Positions 23,687-38,428 are shown, numbered from the stretch's first letter. The stretch is 64,000 nucleotides of DNA from Lytechinus pictus (GCF_037042905.1 NC_087245.1:12030001-12094000); one strand, 5' to 3'. Notes: generated from the sequence alone by a model not told the origin. Program-made: numbers and translations.

Positions 23687-26600
23687 TTATAAGTTGTCTG
23701 TAGGCCCTACTTTGAAATGTATTCAAGAAATAATACAACTATTAAAGTATGGTATTCTAGTCCTTTCATTGTAGCACCAATCTAGGTTCAAGTATATACA
23801 TATAAGCTATGTTTTTGTTTGCAATATGCAAATTTGTTCCCAGTTCTTGTTTTGATTGGGGAATTTTGAGCTTGTGGTATAGCATCACCACAAATCCACT
23901 GAGAGACTATCTGAACTTGGCACACGACTTCCTTGTTCCTTTTAAAATGTATACATACAACAAAAAAATCACTTTTGCTCTGTTAGACAGTAGAAAAAGA
24001 TAAAGAAACTGGGAACTGGAACTTACTCAGTCAAAATATGAAAAAACCTAGCTAGTACAGGATTAGATGAATCAGATAGTTCCCTGTTTATTAATTTAAT
24101 TGTAATGATTTGATTTAAAATAAATGTACAAACAGGGGACAAAAGTAGGAAGTACAACAACTTTATCTACATAATCATTTCAAGTTATCTTTGGAAAAGG
24201 TCAGTCCAATAACTACAGTCTCCAGATTATTCCTTACATGTAGAATAGTTCTAGTTTTTCTTTAAAGAGAAACTGATACAAACTGGTTAACCACTTGAAG
24301 CCAAATAGATTCTAGTTTTAATATTTGGCTTTGTAGTGAGCTAAATAGGAAGAGATAGTACACTGTATTAACGATGTATAGCAGGGTCCTCACGAAGATT
24401 CTAGAGGGGGAACCTCTGATGCAGAGATGTACATGTAGTTTAATTTCAACTTGGTTGTCTTGTTCCTATGATCTGATAATGTATTTTTAAAACTGTTATT
24501 TGAGCATATATACAGTAAGTCCTAATCTTGAATCCAACATCTTGCAAACAAAGACCATATTTTATGAGGGGGTTGCCTTTTTTAAATGTGCATCATACAT
24601 TGCCATCGTTGTTGTGCTTGGTTACACGAAGAAGTGATTCAAATTATTAGTGATGGACATTACATACAGCATTCATATGCAAAGGGAGGAGTTTTTAGAA
24701 TAAGGTATGTCCTTTTTTCAAAGGTAAAGTACATGTAATATTTGTTAGAATTTTAGACATATTGTTTTTAGCTCTCTGATATCAATCTGGAAGAAGATGC
24801 ATGCTGATCGTTCAACACACGATTGCAGTTTTAGAAAGAATTTATGATTCAGGCTTTCCGGAGGGGAAAATAATTTCAATTGAGAATGGGGTGACAGTGT
24901 TCGGTGCAATCATTGATTTGCGAGCCAGTGAATGATGAACCTTTTGAATTAGCCTTTGGAAAAGATGAGCTCTACTCAAAATAGCAGCAATGCATTAGAA
25001 AAGTGAAGAAAACTGTGTTAGTATGACCAATTGTGCACTGACCTACCTTTTTTAATGTGCTAGGAATGATTTGAAAATATGTACATGTAGGTTATTGTTT
25101 TCTTTATAAATAAATTCTGCATGTTGCGGTTTGCATTCTGAGTAAAACTATATTGACAATTTGACATCAAACATAAACTTGTGAATTAAAAAGCAATTCT
25201 CTTATCATAGGAGTGTTTATGATTGGCTAAAGGCTATATAATAAAAAAAAAATCTTTTCACATTTTACATGTACATGTACAGTACGTTAAAAAAAGATGT
25301 GCCAGAAGACTGGCATTGAATTACACTTAAAAAGAGCTTGTACTTATAAAATTAATTATCATTATCTGTCATTCAATCTGATCAAAGAATTACATGAAGC
25401 TCCTTTGTTTTATGTGTACAAGTCTTGTGCGACCTGAATTATACTATAGTTTCATCATTTGTAGATTATATCATATTATTAGACATCAATTATATAGTAA
25501 AAAAGAAAAGATTTGAAGAGGGATATTTTTGACTTCTTGTGAACTAAACATGTAGGCCTGTTTATAGAATTCCAATAAACATTTCCTTGCAGCTATGTAG
25601 TAAAAAGGAGTTAATTACATGTATACATTCATTGTGTCATTATGAATGAACACTTGTCATCAGGGCTGCTTGTCATAGAAACCTTACAGTACTAGTGTTG
25701 CACATTTAAAGGTTTCTTGCAAGGGGGGGGGGAGGGGTTACATGTAATTTAAAGTAAGCAGTGATCTCCTATGGTAGTTTTTCACTTAGTTGGCGCAGGT
25801 ATATTTAGGAACTTGTTTGGTAGTGGGATTTTCTTTTTGTAAAGTTTTGTTGTAAACAGCCACTTAAAATTCTTATATGAAGAATTAAAAGGACTGATGG
25901 TACATTTTCCTAGCATGGCCCCTTTCCGTTTACCTTTGGAAGCAGATGTGATGACACATCCTGCGAGTGGATGAGTATCAATGAGACTATGGCATGCAAA
26001 CGCTCTTAAGTGTGGGTCCAATGAATTGAAAGTTGTCTGTGACTTTTCTCCCCCTCCCCCCCCCCCCCATTCCTGTCAGACTCATCTGAAATGCAGCTGA
26101 CGCTAGTGACATCTTTTAGTTCCTGATGAAGAGATGATCGAAACATCTGACTTGGGAAACTAATGACTTGCATGCTGCTGTCTCTGATCTGTGACTGACA
26201 TTAGGCTCCTCTGTTGATTGCTCCTACCTTTACTAGTTACTATGGAGATATAGGGTTAGGATTTTGATATGATTTGGGGTCCTGAAAACTGAGTATAGAT
26301 GGGATTAACAGAATTCCATAGATTGCTACAAGTTCAAGCAAGCAACTGGTGAGATAGAAGTGAATACTCTGTTGCTGCCTTATGCATACATGCCCTTCAA
26401 TATGAGGATTGTAACATGTACATGTATATAGGCTACATGTACAAGTACACTTTTGTTTGTCCTCTAAAACCAGAATGTTTCTCTGAATATTCAAAGTAGG
26501 CTTAGATTCTTATCATTGTCACATCCTCGATGAGTGGGCCGTCATTGCAAAATTGCTGGATTTCTCCATAGAAACCCAATGAAGGAATCCAGGGATGCCC

Positions 26601-27414
26601 CTTATCTGCTGACAAAATTAGGGTTCCTACTTTTCAATAGGTTCTTTGTCTTCAAAAACACATTTTTCAAGCATGTATAAAGTGCTGAAATCATGGTTTT
26701 TCATACTTTTTATAAATTGGCATCCCTGATTATTCCCTCTTCCACTTCCCTGATACGGTTTTGAAAACCATTTCCGTTGGATCTTTAAACTTTGGATAGT
26801 TAGGAAGGTAACCTGATGAGTTGTAGGATATAGTGCTTCCTCTATTTTGATGAGAGCTGTAACAAGACTAACTGAAATCCAGATTGATTGCATTTTAATA
26901 GTTTGGATGGCACAATGTTCCTTTTGATGTGGGTGACAATGTAAAATTGCATAGAAAATGTTGTCATTTCACAATGTATGTATTCAGGAACAGTGGACTG
27001 AAATGCCCAAGGTTCTGTATGTTTTCTACTTTTTTTCACTGGGAGAAATGAACAATCAAAGAAGTAAATGCATTCAACTAATGAAAAACCTGATGTTTAA
27101 TCAGAGGCCATATAAAAGATCGAGACTCCTGCCAAATAGTAAATTATACAATATGTCAGAAATATACAAAAAGGGAGAGAAAATCAAATAAAGCATTATG
27201 GTCATGAAATCAGATCAAATTGATACACAGTGTCAAACTGATGTAGGCCCTGTATAAAAAAAATAGTTGTTATGATGATCCAATATTTTTGAGAATATAT
27301 AAAACTGCATTGTAATTTGATGGTTGACGAATCTATTGTTTAAAGAAAAGTGTTGTCTTTTGAAATTCCTGTTTACCACATACCACATTCATCCTTTCCT
27401 CCTCCAAGATTTCC

Positions 27415-27892
27415 GCCCAGATTTACTAATGATAAATGTAAAACTTAGTATTTGCATCAATAAGTCTTTAATCTTTCTATTTCATAAGGTCATCCGATGC
27501 CATGCAATTACAAATACTATTTAGTTTACACCAAAAAAAAACATCAAAGCTTCCTAAATACGCTATATTGCCTAGCTGCCATTGGGATCCTTTGCATGGA
27601 ACCAGCCTTGCTTTACTCTCATTGTGAGATTACTCTCAAGTGTGAGACTGGCCGACCCTCTCCACTTGAATTTTTCTACCCAAATATTTCAATTAAATAG
27701 AACTTATTTTTTTCATCAAGAAGTCCTAATCTTTCATTTTCATAAGGTCATCCAATGCTATGCAATTAAAGATACAATTTAGATTCATACCAATATAACA
27801 TCAAAGCTACCAAATAAGTTCTTGCCTGGATACCCTTGGACTCCTTGCCTGGGATAATATTTGGACCAGCCTTACTTTTCTCTCACTTTGAG
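27415..27892 (+). repeat. Diverged tandem duplication, period ~260 bp
   Basis: TTTCATAAGGTCATCCGATGCCATGCAATTAC (~27480) versus TTTCATAAGGTCATCCAATGCTATGCAATTAA (~27738); both are followed by ACATCAAAGCT and ACCAGCCTT blocks. Confidence 0.8.
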
Positions 27893-29424
27893 TTTGAGGC
27901 CTGCCCTGGGCAGGACTGCCTCATAATTTTAGCAGGGGTTTAGTGCAATTTTAAAAAAATCTGGGAAAAAAATTGAAATTTAAGCAAGTGCTTAAAATGA
28001 AGAGAATTGAAAAATCAGAAGACTTCAATATTCATGGCTCTGTCTCATGCTTAATTTACTCATAGCCAAAAGGCATGGGGAAAATAATCAATTTTGAATG
28101 ACATTGTAAAGATGAGGTGTAAAATAGAAAGAGAGTGCACAGGGGTTGAATAATGTAGCTGTTGTTGCATAGATAGAGGTCAAAGAAGAACTGTGAGGTT
28201 TGATTTTATATATTTTCTGTCATTCAAGTTATTTTGGTCATGGCCATTTGGATGTATGTTGAATGGGGATTGGGTGCGGGGTTGAAAGCAACAATTTGTA
28301 TGGGGACAGGGCAGTGCCTTGAAGTTTCATCTATAGTTTTTAATTATCTGAGAGAAAAAGGGCATCCTTGCATATCATTTGCAATCTTTGTTGGTTTGTT
28401 TCTCTTGAATTATTTGAGTGTTCCTTTGGTTTTTGATAATAAGTATAAATCAAGTGAACTAGGCCTTCTGTTAAAAAAAAGATTACTGGTGAAGAATTAG
28501 GTGATCCACCTTGCCATGACCGAATTTGACCTGGAACGTGCATTTGATTCTTTAATTCACCAAAAGAGAACGATAGTATGCTTCAGTGATAAAAAACAGA
28601 TCACATACATTATTAAAGGCCTACATCCCTGTCAATAAATTGTACAAAAAAAAATCAGGGAAGTAGTGCTGGGTCTGACACAAAATACCAATTCAATTAT
28701 TTCCTATGTACATGTAAGCTTGATAATTGGTAAGATAGAAATTCTAAATGGATGTGTTTTAATATTTCTAACCATATGACTAGTACTACATGTACATCAA
28801 TATAGCAAGCACAATGCAAACATCTTAATAAGTTAAGACTTTATAGCATTTCAAATTTCCCAAATTAAATGCTGAGTTCCATGTATGCCTCTTTTTGTCC
28901 TGCTTTTTTTTCTAATTGGATTTATAACCAATAAAGTTTGGATACCCTTTAATGGTACATGTACATGCATCCCTTCCTGGATACATGCAAATAAGGGTGT
29001 GCTCAAGACCAACACTAACATGACGACTGCTAGGCCTACTTCATGTACACATTCTGTTATTAAAAAGGTAGACCATAACATATCACTGTAATACCATTTT
29101 TAAAATAAAAGAAATGCAATGGATAGTATCATCCATAGGTGAATAGGAATTTGACATTGGCATTGAAGCCTGTAAATCAAATAAAGATGATTAAACAGAT
29201 GACAGAACCAAGATGGGCCTGCCTTGTATGAATGTCAAAGATCACAACAACAAATGAATGGATGGGATGGAGATAAAGATAACATCATAGACAAAATAAA
29301 TCTATTCTGCCTTCGAGGGAGGATCGGCAGGGAACCTGACGCTCAAACAGCCGTTCTCAGCGGTCACCGTGGCAGCCAGCGAGATAAATTTGTAAGGATG
29401 AGCAGTTGAGCACGATCTCTCTCA

Positions 29425-29945
29425 GGCTGCGTTTATCCGACCTCAAACCAGAATCGTGATTTGAATCATGATTGGAATCATGATTCAAATCACAAACATG
29501 AATCACAATTACTACAGAATCAGGGTTTAGACGACCTTCGTTCCAACGCTGTTTCTCCTCGGATTCGGACCGATCCAGTGCGCATCACAGTGCGCAGTTT
29601 GACCCAGGAAGTATAGGTCAACGTTGGACACTTAATTGGAGGTCGGCGACGTACATGTGATGTGACAACGTGGGGCGCGCGCCTTGGCAAGAACCGGAAA
29701 TAGCTCGACACAATGACGTCATATAATCATGATTCAAATCACGATATCGTTTATCCGAACATTTTCGTACGTGATTCTGCAGAAACGTCTTTCCAAACGC
29801 CCTTTTTTTCGTAGTTCATGTTTGTGATTCTAATCATGATTATATTCAATTTCGACTAAACGCAATCGTGATTCTGCAGAATCGTGATTTGAATCATGAT
29901 TGGAATCATGATTATAGGGTAAAAAAGTGGCGGATAAACGCACCC
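29425..29945. mobile_element. PIF/Harbinger-like MITE
   Basis: TIR GGCTGCGTTTATCCG / CGGATAAACGCACCC (14/15); 3-bp TSD TCA; internal 12-bp AATCRTGATT repeats; CpG intact (young). Confidence 0.88.
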
Positions 29946-31570
29946 TCAGTAGGCTGACCCTGTCGAATTTTCTTCTTCAGTTGACCTTGTGCTGCTTCAG
30001 TTCAGGCCCCATAGGACATGCCATGAGCTCCTCCGCTTGCCGTGGTTGACTGTCGTTCACTCATACAATTCATAGCTTTATTTCATTTATGATCTCTGTC
30101 GTTTTATCTCTGTGTTATATCGGCTAATTTGAGATGCAGAGATGGATGACTGGGTGTGCGTTGTTGAAGGATGATTTTTTGGCTATGACTCAGAAAAATG
30201 AGATGGATGAGCTTTTAGGCTGATGAATGAAAGAGAGTGGTAGACAGTACATGTAGTAGTAATAGTATTGACTGTAAAGAAACATTGGGTTTTAGATTCA
30301 TTCATGTTGGGCTGATTTTGATATGATTGATCAGGCACTCCTTGGTTCTTAATAAAAGTATAACATTTCTGAATATGATACTTCCTTTTTTTATATTGAA
30401 GCTTCATAAACCGAGCTGGGGGGGGGGGGGTAGATTAGTATTTGGATAGAAATATGACATCATCAAAGCCCCTCCCGCTGCCTCTCGAAATCGTTCTATA
30501 GTATTACCTTAATTTTTAATTCCCGTAATTATTATTTTTCATTTAATCCCGTAATTATTTCTTTAATGTAAAAATAAACAAAAAATCTTTCAAAATTGTG
30601 ATCCAAGGCTGAAATTCTGTGACCGATAAAAAATCACTTGAAAGCAACCAACATGACCAATTGTGAGTCAAGAGTGAAAAAAAATAACATTTTGTTTGCA
30701 ACTTCAAATTTCTAAATACGCTATAGTACCGGAAATAGAATAAAGGAAACATCTTCTTGAAGTCCATCAGAACAAGTTTGTGTAGTGTGTACCCTCTTGC
30801 CAGACTGACAAGGATATTGTGTACATAGAACTCTCTGATATTTGGTCACTGGTTGTTAAAATTCCATAAGAGCCCTAAATACCAATAGTAGTGTAGTCTG
30901 TCTACAAGCCACTGTTATGTACTTCTTAGTCGTCTTTTAAAACAAATGCAAGAGATGAGGCCTACTTTTTGAAATTTGTAGTTTTGTATTGTCATCCTAG
31001 TGTTGAAAATCACGATCTACATGGTTAATAAACGAGGTTATAAAGTGTGTTTATTGATCAAAGCATCCATTAGTAGCTCCATGATCAAAGCTACAGAAGG
31101 CTTGATAAGTCAGTGATCCAAGACAAGTTCTGATTTTTATTAACTTACTCTAAGATTTTCTGACAGCAACTTATACCAAATCAGCATTCCGACTTCAATT
31201 CCACTAAAAAGGAAGATTTTATTCCCCATTGAAAAATGTTACTTTAACTGCAATTTGATTAGGTTCTATTCTGTAGGGGCCTAGATACTACATGGGTGTC
31301 AAGGTTGAGTGCATGATGCAGATTCCTGTCTGCCAAGATGATAGGCATGTTGGGTTTTGGAAACTTAAATTGCAATGATATATGACATCCAGAGAGACTA
31401 TTTGTGTCTTCGAGTCAAGTACACACATTTCTGATTCATAGAGTTTGAATTCCTGCAAGAAACATACCTGTTGGGTGTGGAGAATAAGACTACAGATACT
31501 AGTTTGTTTTGGTCAAAAAGTCAATATCAAGTCAAAACACTCAATTTACCTCAACAAATAAAAGACACAA

Positions 31571-32051
31571 TAGGTGGTTTCAAACCGCCTCGATCACAAG
31601 AATCCCCGTTAAATTACGAGAACTTTTTTAGGCTGAAAAATACCCATTAATTATTCCTGCATTCACACCGCCCTGAAACATACCCCTTCGGGATAAGTTC
31701 CTGAAGTTACGAGCATGCGCAGTATGGTCTGATAAGCAGCAAGGCGCGAAATTCAAAATCACTAGCCCAGCAGCAACCCATGCACGGCGCCGCACCCAAC
31801 GACACGCTGGGCTAAAAGTTCCCGTAATTTGCTTTCAGACCGCCAAAATACCCACGACCTTGGAAAAATCCCCGCGAAAGTTCTCGTAATTTCGCCAAGT
31901 ACCTACTATTTATCGGGTATTTTCTTTCGGGGATATTACGCGTAATTTGCTTTCAGACCGCCAAAATACCTGGTATTTTCTGATCGGGGTAAATTTCCCG
32001 ATCAGAGAATACCTGGAACTGGCGAACTTCGAGGCGGTCTGAAACCACCTA
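31571..32051. mobile_element. Harbinger/ISL2EU-like MITE
   Basis: TAGGTGGTTTCAAACCGCCTCGA / TCGAGGCGGTCTGAAACCACCTA (22/23); internal TTTCAGACCGCC repeats. Confidence 0.85.
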
Positions 32052-33537
32052 GTATAGACCTAAACACTTTTGGGCTTTCATCCTCCCTGATACTCTGGAA
32101 TGATTTAGTTCTTTGGCAAGCATCCAGGCACCATGGTATTTGATTGATAGCAAACAAACGAAAATGAAAATGAAATTGGGAAAAATGCAGCCTGTTAGAG
32201 TTAGAGAAAAACCCAATTACAATACATGTTCTAATATACACTGTATATTCTAATATGCATTTATCTTTTAGGAAAATAGTAATTTTAGCTCATTGTAATC
32301 AGTGGAAAGATTTATGATTTTCATCATTATGGTGTTACATACATGTACTTAGTATCAAGAATGTGATCATAATGTAAAAGGGCTATTTTTGGTAAATATA
32401 TAGTGTAGGCTCACTACAGTACTTTTAAAATGTGATAAGATTATTTTGTTGGTAACTTGAATTCACATTCACCAATTTCATCCCAGGGATGAATGGGAAG
32501 GCGAGACAGGAAGGAAACCCTTGAATGTTAAATGTAGCAATAACAGTCCGTACTTTCACACATTCCTGATTAACAACAAAAAATCTGGGTCGTGTAACAT
32601 CAAGCTTAGCGATTGAGTGTGGGGCTGAATTTTATGATGGATCACATTGACCAATGCAATCGATCCTAGAAATCAGCTCCATAATCAATCACCAAGCTTT
32701 GTTATTTGTCTGTGGTATTTTGCCAGCTTAAAAGCTAATTACTGGCAATATCTCTAAAAAAGGAAATGCCTTCATATTATAATTTAATGGAAGGTTTGCA
32801 GAATGGGCATCCTTTATACTGTGTAGGTCTGTGAATGTAAAAGTTCCATTACAAAGTTATATAAACATATAACCATGAGAATGTTATCTTGTTCAGTCAA
32901 GTAATTGTGTGATCTGTTTTGTTTGTAATCATGAAAATAAATAAAACATACAAATAAAACAAAGACTGCACAAGATAAATGTTCAGGTATTTTTTAAACC
33001 AGAACAAGGTTTCATAATTTACAGCTTTTTTTCTTTTCAGGCAGGTCTGAATATGCCTAGTGTGATTGCAAAGATCAGAGGGTTATGTGTATTGGACCGA
33101 GTCAGGCTAATAAGAATATCAGAGTACCTTGTAATGAGTATGATGATTGGATGGATCAGAATCAGATACCAGAAATATTCCACAACTTAGGTCCAATATT
33201 GCACAAATCATAGATGAGTGATATAGGCCTTTGATCTGGTATTACCTAAAGAAAAGCCACCAATATAATTATTCTTGCAGAATATTTGTCCTTAGACCAT
33301 GTAATACAGTATGAGATTGCACTGCAAGTTTCATACAAGCCTAAGCGGAATTATCTAGATTTCAGCTCATCAAGCAATACACTCTGATTCTGGACAGGCT
33401 AATCATACAGTTCAAAGCACACATTTTTAATGCGCCGCTATTTAAGTCACCCTTCATGACTGATGATGAAACAATATTCCAATTTTACATTGGGTTCTAC
33501 ATAAGGTCCTACACTCTAGTTCTTCAGGTACATTACA

Positions 33538-33714
33538 CAGGGGCCGCGGAATGGTTTTCAAAGTGGGGGGGGGGGCTGAGCCAAGACTGGGGGGGGGGGG
33601 GGGCTGACCATGCAAAAAATCACAATCATATGGTAATTTTTACGTTTTTGTACACGGTTTTGGAAAAAAGTGGGGAGGCTGGAAACCCCAGCCCCCCCGC
33701 TTCCGCGGCCCCTG
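33538..33714. mobile_element. Poly-G mini-MITE (177 bp)
   Basis: Perfect 14-bp TIR CAGGGGCCGCGGAA; flanking direct repeat TTACA on both sides. Confidence 0.8.
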
Positions 33715-36700
33715 TTACATGATGATAAACTGTATAAAAGCACCTTCTGAATTACTCCATGCATGCGGTCATGTGATTCCGGCTTTCCTGCACATCGTGC
33801 TAGTCTTTATTCTCATCAATATGACTGTAATTATTTATGAGGCTTTATTGTCAAGTGTATAATTTTGCTGCTATGTGGCGTGATGGTTGTCGAGAATAGA
33901 ATTATGTCCCCCCCCCCCCCGACTGCTTTGAATTCAAAGGAATATAAAGGAAAAAAGGGAGTGAGAGTCCCAAAGTAAAGTTGGTGAAAATGATAAAGTA
34001 ACCTTTAAAGTGACAGGAAAAACAACAGGAAATATACCGCAGATCAAGACAGGGAGAGAATGAATGTACAATTAGACAAGGCTTACAAGGGCAAATTATA
34101 CTGTACAAAATGTGAATTCAATGCTTCTTTTTATCTTTGTTTCAATCAACATATGAAATTTCACATTTTGATGCCAAAAATGCAACACCTCTCTCATGTT
34201 AGTGAAAAACTCAACAAATTTTGAAGCCTGGAATGTTAAAGGCTTTTCGCTGTAGTAGTTATGAATGTCAGCTTCGCTTCGCTTTCCCACACACAGATTT
34301 CCCCCTTCTTGTCAACATTATTTCAAAAGCGGCAATAGGTATTACAGTCAATCAGCTTTCCGCTGTCGCATGAATAAATCTGTACTATGTGGAACAACAA
34401 TTGTGGTTTTCAGCAGGGCAGGAAAAAAATCCTATTGAATAAGAATAGATGTAGGGTTCACTATTGTGTGTGCAAAAAGAAGCGAATTCCATTCTGCCCT
34501 CTGCTTTTCTCTCTTTTCTCCTTCATTATTCCTTTTTTTACCCTTGAGAGATTTAAATGACTTGTATAAAGCCAGGAGCATATTTCTATCTGTGTTTATG
34601 AATCACGACAATAGAGCACAAAATTATTTGAGAACTAGGCTAGTATAATTGGTAAATATGATTTGATATTGCACTTTAGCAGTTCCAAAATAGTACAGAT
34701 AGACCTACTGATAAAATACTGGAAAGACTGAATATGATATAAACAAGATCTTTATATTGGGAGGGGGAATGGGTATACTTTTTATTTACTTAGATGCTTT
34801 TGGCACCTCGAAATTGATCTCAAGGGAAATGTAATACCAATATTGAATGTTTTGAAGAGAGAGGTGGTTGGTACTTTAGCCCTAGGTGATGACCCAATTT
34901 AGGTCAAGGTCACAGAGGAGCAGTCACGCTATAGTTTTTATATGACCCTGGAATTATTCAGTCAATATTATACAGTATTATAGCTGCCTATGTTATGCAT
35001 TGCATCCTTCCTTTGAAGTGGCCTACATTATAATTGTAATTCTTAAAAAGGAGGAACAACATTAAAAAGTCATTTGTAAATGAGTTAATTTATCTGTGTG
35101 GCTGGATTGGCAGGTTACTTGAATGTTAACTGTAGTGTTTTGGGGTTAATATGATGAACTGAAAAATAGGGTACTTAAAAGTTGCCTAGAAATGGCTATG
35201 TAATGGAACGGATCAAGATTATGGACTTGAGTATGGCTAATTTGATGATATCTTACTGCTATTATTGATTCACGCTCAAATTGACCAGATCAGAATAATG
35301 TGGACCCAGCAAAATTGTCTTCATTATATAGGCCTATAACCAGAATAGTTTGCATCATTTTTACAAGTGCAGCGAGGAAATAGTCTGGATTGTTGTCATG
35401 GTAACCGCTAGTGATAAAGTGCACAACATTTTTTGTTTGGTCAGATCATTTGCACCATGGATGTAGTATGTACATGTACATGTTTGCACTTAGTGCATTG
35501 CAGCGATGCTTTGGGAACAAGTGATCTTTGACCGCACAGAGTATGCAGTGTTTTAGAATCCCATTCATTAACTCCTAGATGAGATAGAGTTTTGGCTAGA
35601 GTTAGGACTGAGGCGTAATGTTATTTTCAATCTCTTGCCCCCCCCCCCATTCATCTTTGGAACAAAATTCCTCCATCTCTCTGAAACATCTCTTCTCTTG
35701 ATGTCTTAAAAAACATCTTAAAACGCACCTGTATAGCTAACAGCACTTTGTATCATCTGGAAAAAGTGCTATATATCCAATCATTATTATAAGCTCTTAT
35801 TAAAGTTGTCCAGACTTTTCTGGTCTTTATTTATATATATTTTTTTTAATACTGTAGTCCACACCCTAGTCTGCACCACACATTTGTGAAAGGGGTATTA
35901 GTAAGTGTACATGTACGTTTAAGTTCAGTGATACCTGGTTACTACCCCCCCCCCTCTTCATAGATTATGCAAAGGAGATGCTGATAGTTAAGTTGCAACA
36001 TCAGAACTTTAAAAACAAATGTTCTTTTGTGTACATAATTATTACCCGTGAAACTTCATTTCATATGTCTGCTTGTCGTGAGGATAAATTTCCCCTTTAA
36101 AATGGACTGATCAACATGCAGTCAAAACATGGTCTATGGCACGCACTGGCTTTATCTTGTTATTTACATTATGATAGTGAACATTCTTGCGAGATGAGTC
36201 TCACAATTTTTCTGTGTGTGTGTGCCAGATTTTCATTGTACACCAATGTCCTAGTTGTGACCTGTTTACGATTGCAGTTCCTGGTTTGATCAGCAAATGA
36301 AAAGTTTTACGATAGTAAAAACAGGAACCAAAATGCAACAGAAATAGATATTGAATAACACAAAAGGAATTGAAGTGGAAAATGATAAAATGATTGGAAT
36401 AGAACATTAATGAACATGGAGAGAGAGAAAAAAACATGGTTTAATCATAGAGACATCAAGCAAGAGAGTAAATCAAATAGACACACACAAGATAATTAGC
36501 ATAACATTTATGTAGGCCTATCCATGCATACTGACCTGTCCGTACTATCAATTATGGAAAATCTGCAACATCAAAATATAATTTGGAGTAGAAGATTTGT
36601 TATCATGATCTAACCACTATGTGATGAGCAATTAAGCAGCAAGAGGGAAGGGAGGGGGGGGGGGGTTCTGTTGGCCGGACAATCCGATATGTGTACAGTG

Positions 36701-38428
36701 AGGATATGTGCCTACTCTACATTGTATATCGTAAATAGGCCATTTGGCAGCATTTTATAAAATTTAGCTGACATGCTAATATTGTAGCCACCAAACATTT
36801 TTTTTTTTGTTGATTTTGGTACTGAAATTATGGTACTGTACCTGTATTTTTTATAGCAAAAGAGTTCGTAAAGATATCAATTATGAACAGTTGCATGTAC
36901 ATGGTGTAGATCTAAATATGAAAAGATTTTTTTTTTGTATTCCGGATTTTTTTTCTTCAAGTGATATATATATCAGAGTGTCACGGCACATCCCTTTTTA
37001 TATTTAAAGTCACCTGAGATAAATGAATAGCCATGCATGTTAAGGTTGCAAAAAAAAAAATGCAAACGTATTTATAGCTTGCACCCTGCAAATTAGATGG
37101 TATGCCAAGGCCAGGTGTGGATCCAGAATGAGACTTTCATGGGGTACAAATTAGTCTGAAAAATCTGACAAGCAAAAATTTGAAGAAAATACAGTACAAT
37201 GAATATCATCGCTCATTTTACGGGGTGCTCAATGAAGGCATTCCACATTGTGCATGTGGAAAAAATGGGTTGTAATTGTTAATCAGTCAAATTTCAAAAG
37301 GATGGTTCCTCAACTTGTTGGATTTGAGAAGAGAAGCAGATACAGAAATCTAGATAGTTTATCAAGAAAAAAACCTAGTTTCAACCTGAGGGTGAAGTGT
37401 TATTGAATGGCATCATCTATGGAATGTCTCTCTCGGTATTTCATAAAATTCCACTCTTCTTTCATTTTCTACTCATATTATGTGGCTTACATGTACATGT
37501 CAAGAGATCACAGGTATGAATGGAAACCATTCTGTTCATAAAATACCTTTGAAGCCCTCTCTGAAAGATTTATAACAAAACAGCCAGTCAAGATTACGAG
37601 GTCTAATATTTTCTGCACAGTATTGTTCAACATGGATACAATAATATAAACTGTATTTTACCTGTATTATTATTAATGATATGTATTGAAATGATCAATT
37701 CATATCTAGCATCACAAGAACCTTATAGAACTTCTGCTAAATCAATTTGGAGGCTGTGTACAAGATTTTAATTAACTGTTCAGATCCTAGCTGTTCAACT
37801 ATGAATCGGTGATCATTACTATTAGTGAATGAGTCTGTCATTAGAGTCCTCTTCCTCTCTCAAGAGCGTTTACCTTCCATTCTTCCCCCTGAGCTGTAAT
37901 CCTAACATACTGCTACGTCGGATGTTATGTGCTGCTGATTTCCTCTTCCTGTGGTAAAGAAGATCAATTGCATCAGACTTTTGGCTGCATTCAGTCTAAC
38001 TCAGAAAGCGTAAGAAACATGTTTCTCAAAGACGTTTAGTTCAAACCAAGCTTCTTTTGTTATATAGGTGTAAAAATAACCATCATCCAAATTATTAAAA
38101 AATGTGCATTTTGTCATGTGATCCAATAGAATCATGGTTGTTCAAAATGGCTTGAACATAATTATCTAAAGATCAGGGGCCATTTCATAAAGGTGTTTGT
38201 AAATTGCGCATGACTTTGATATGCATGAATGATGACCCTTTCTTGTACTGTTATGTACAGGTTGCTACATTTTATTAAACTGGCACCCAGTCAAATATGT
38301 AAAAACATGTTCCAGTTGTGCATAAAGTCATGTGTAACATTACGTGGAGCAACTTAAAGAAACACCACCCTAGCTGATTTCCATTTCAGACTCTTTTAAA
38401 AAAAAATGTAAACCCCAAGTTGACCTAT

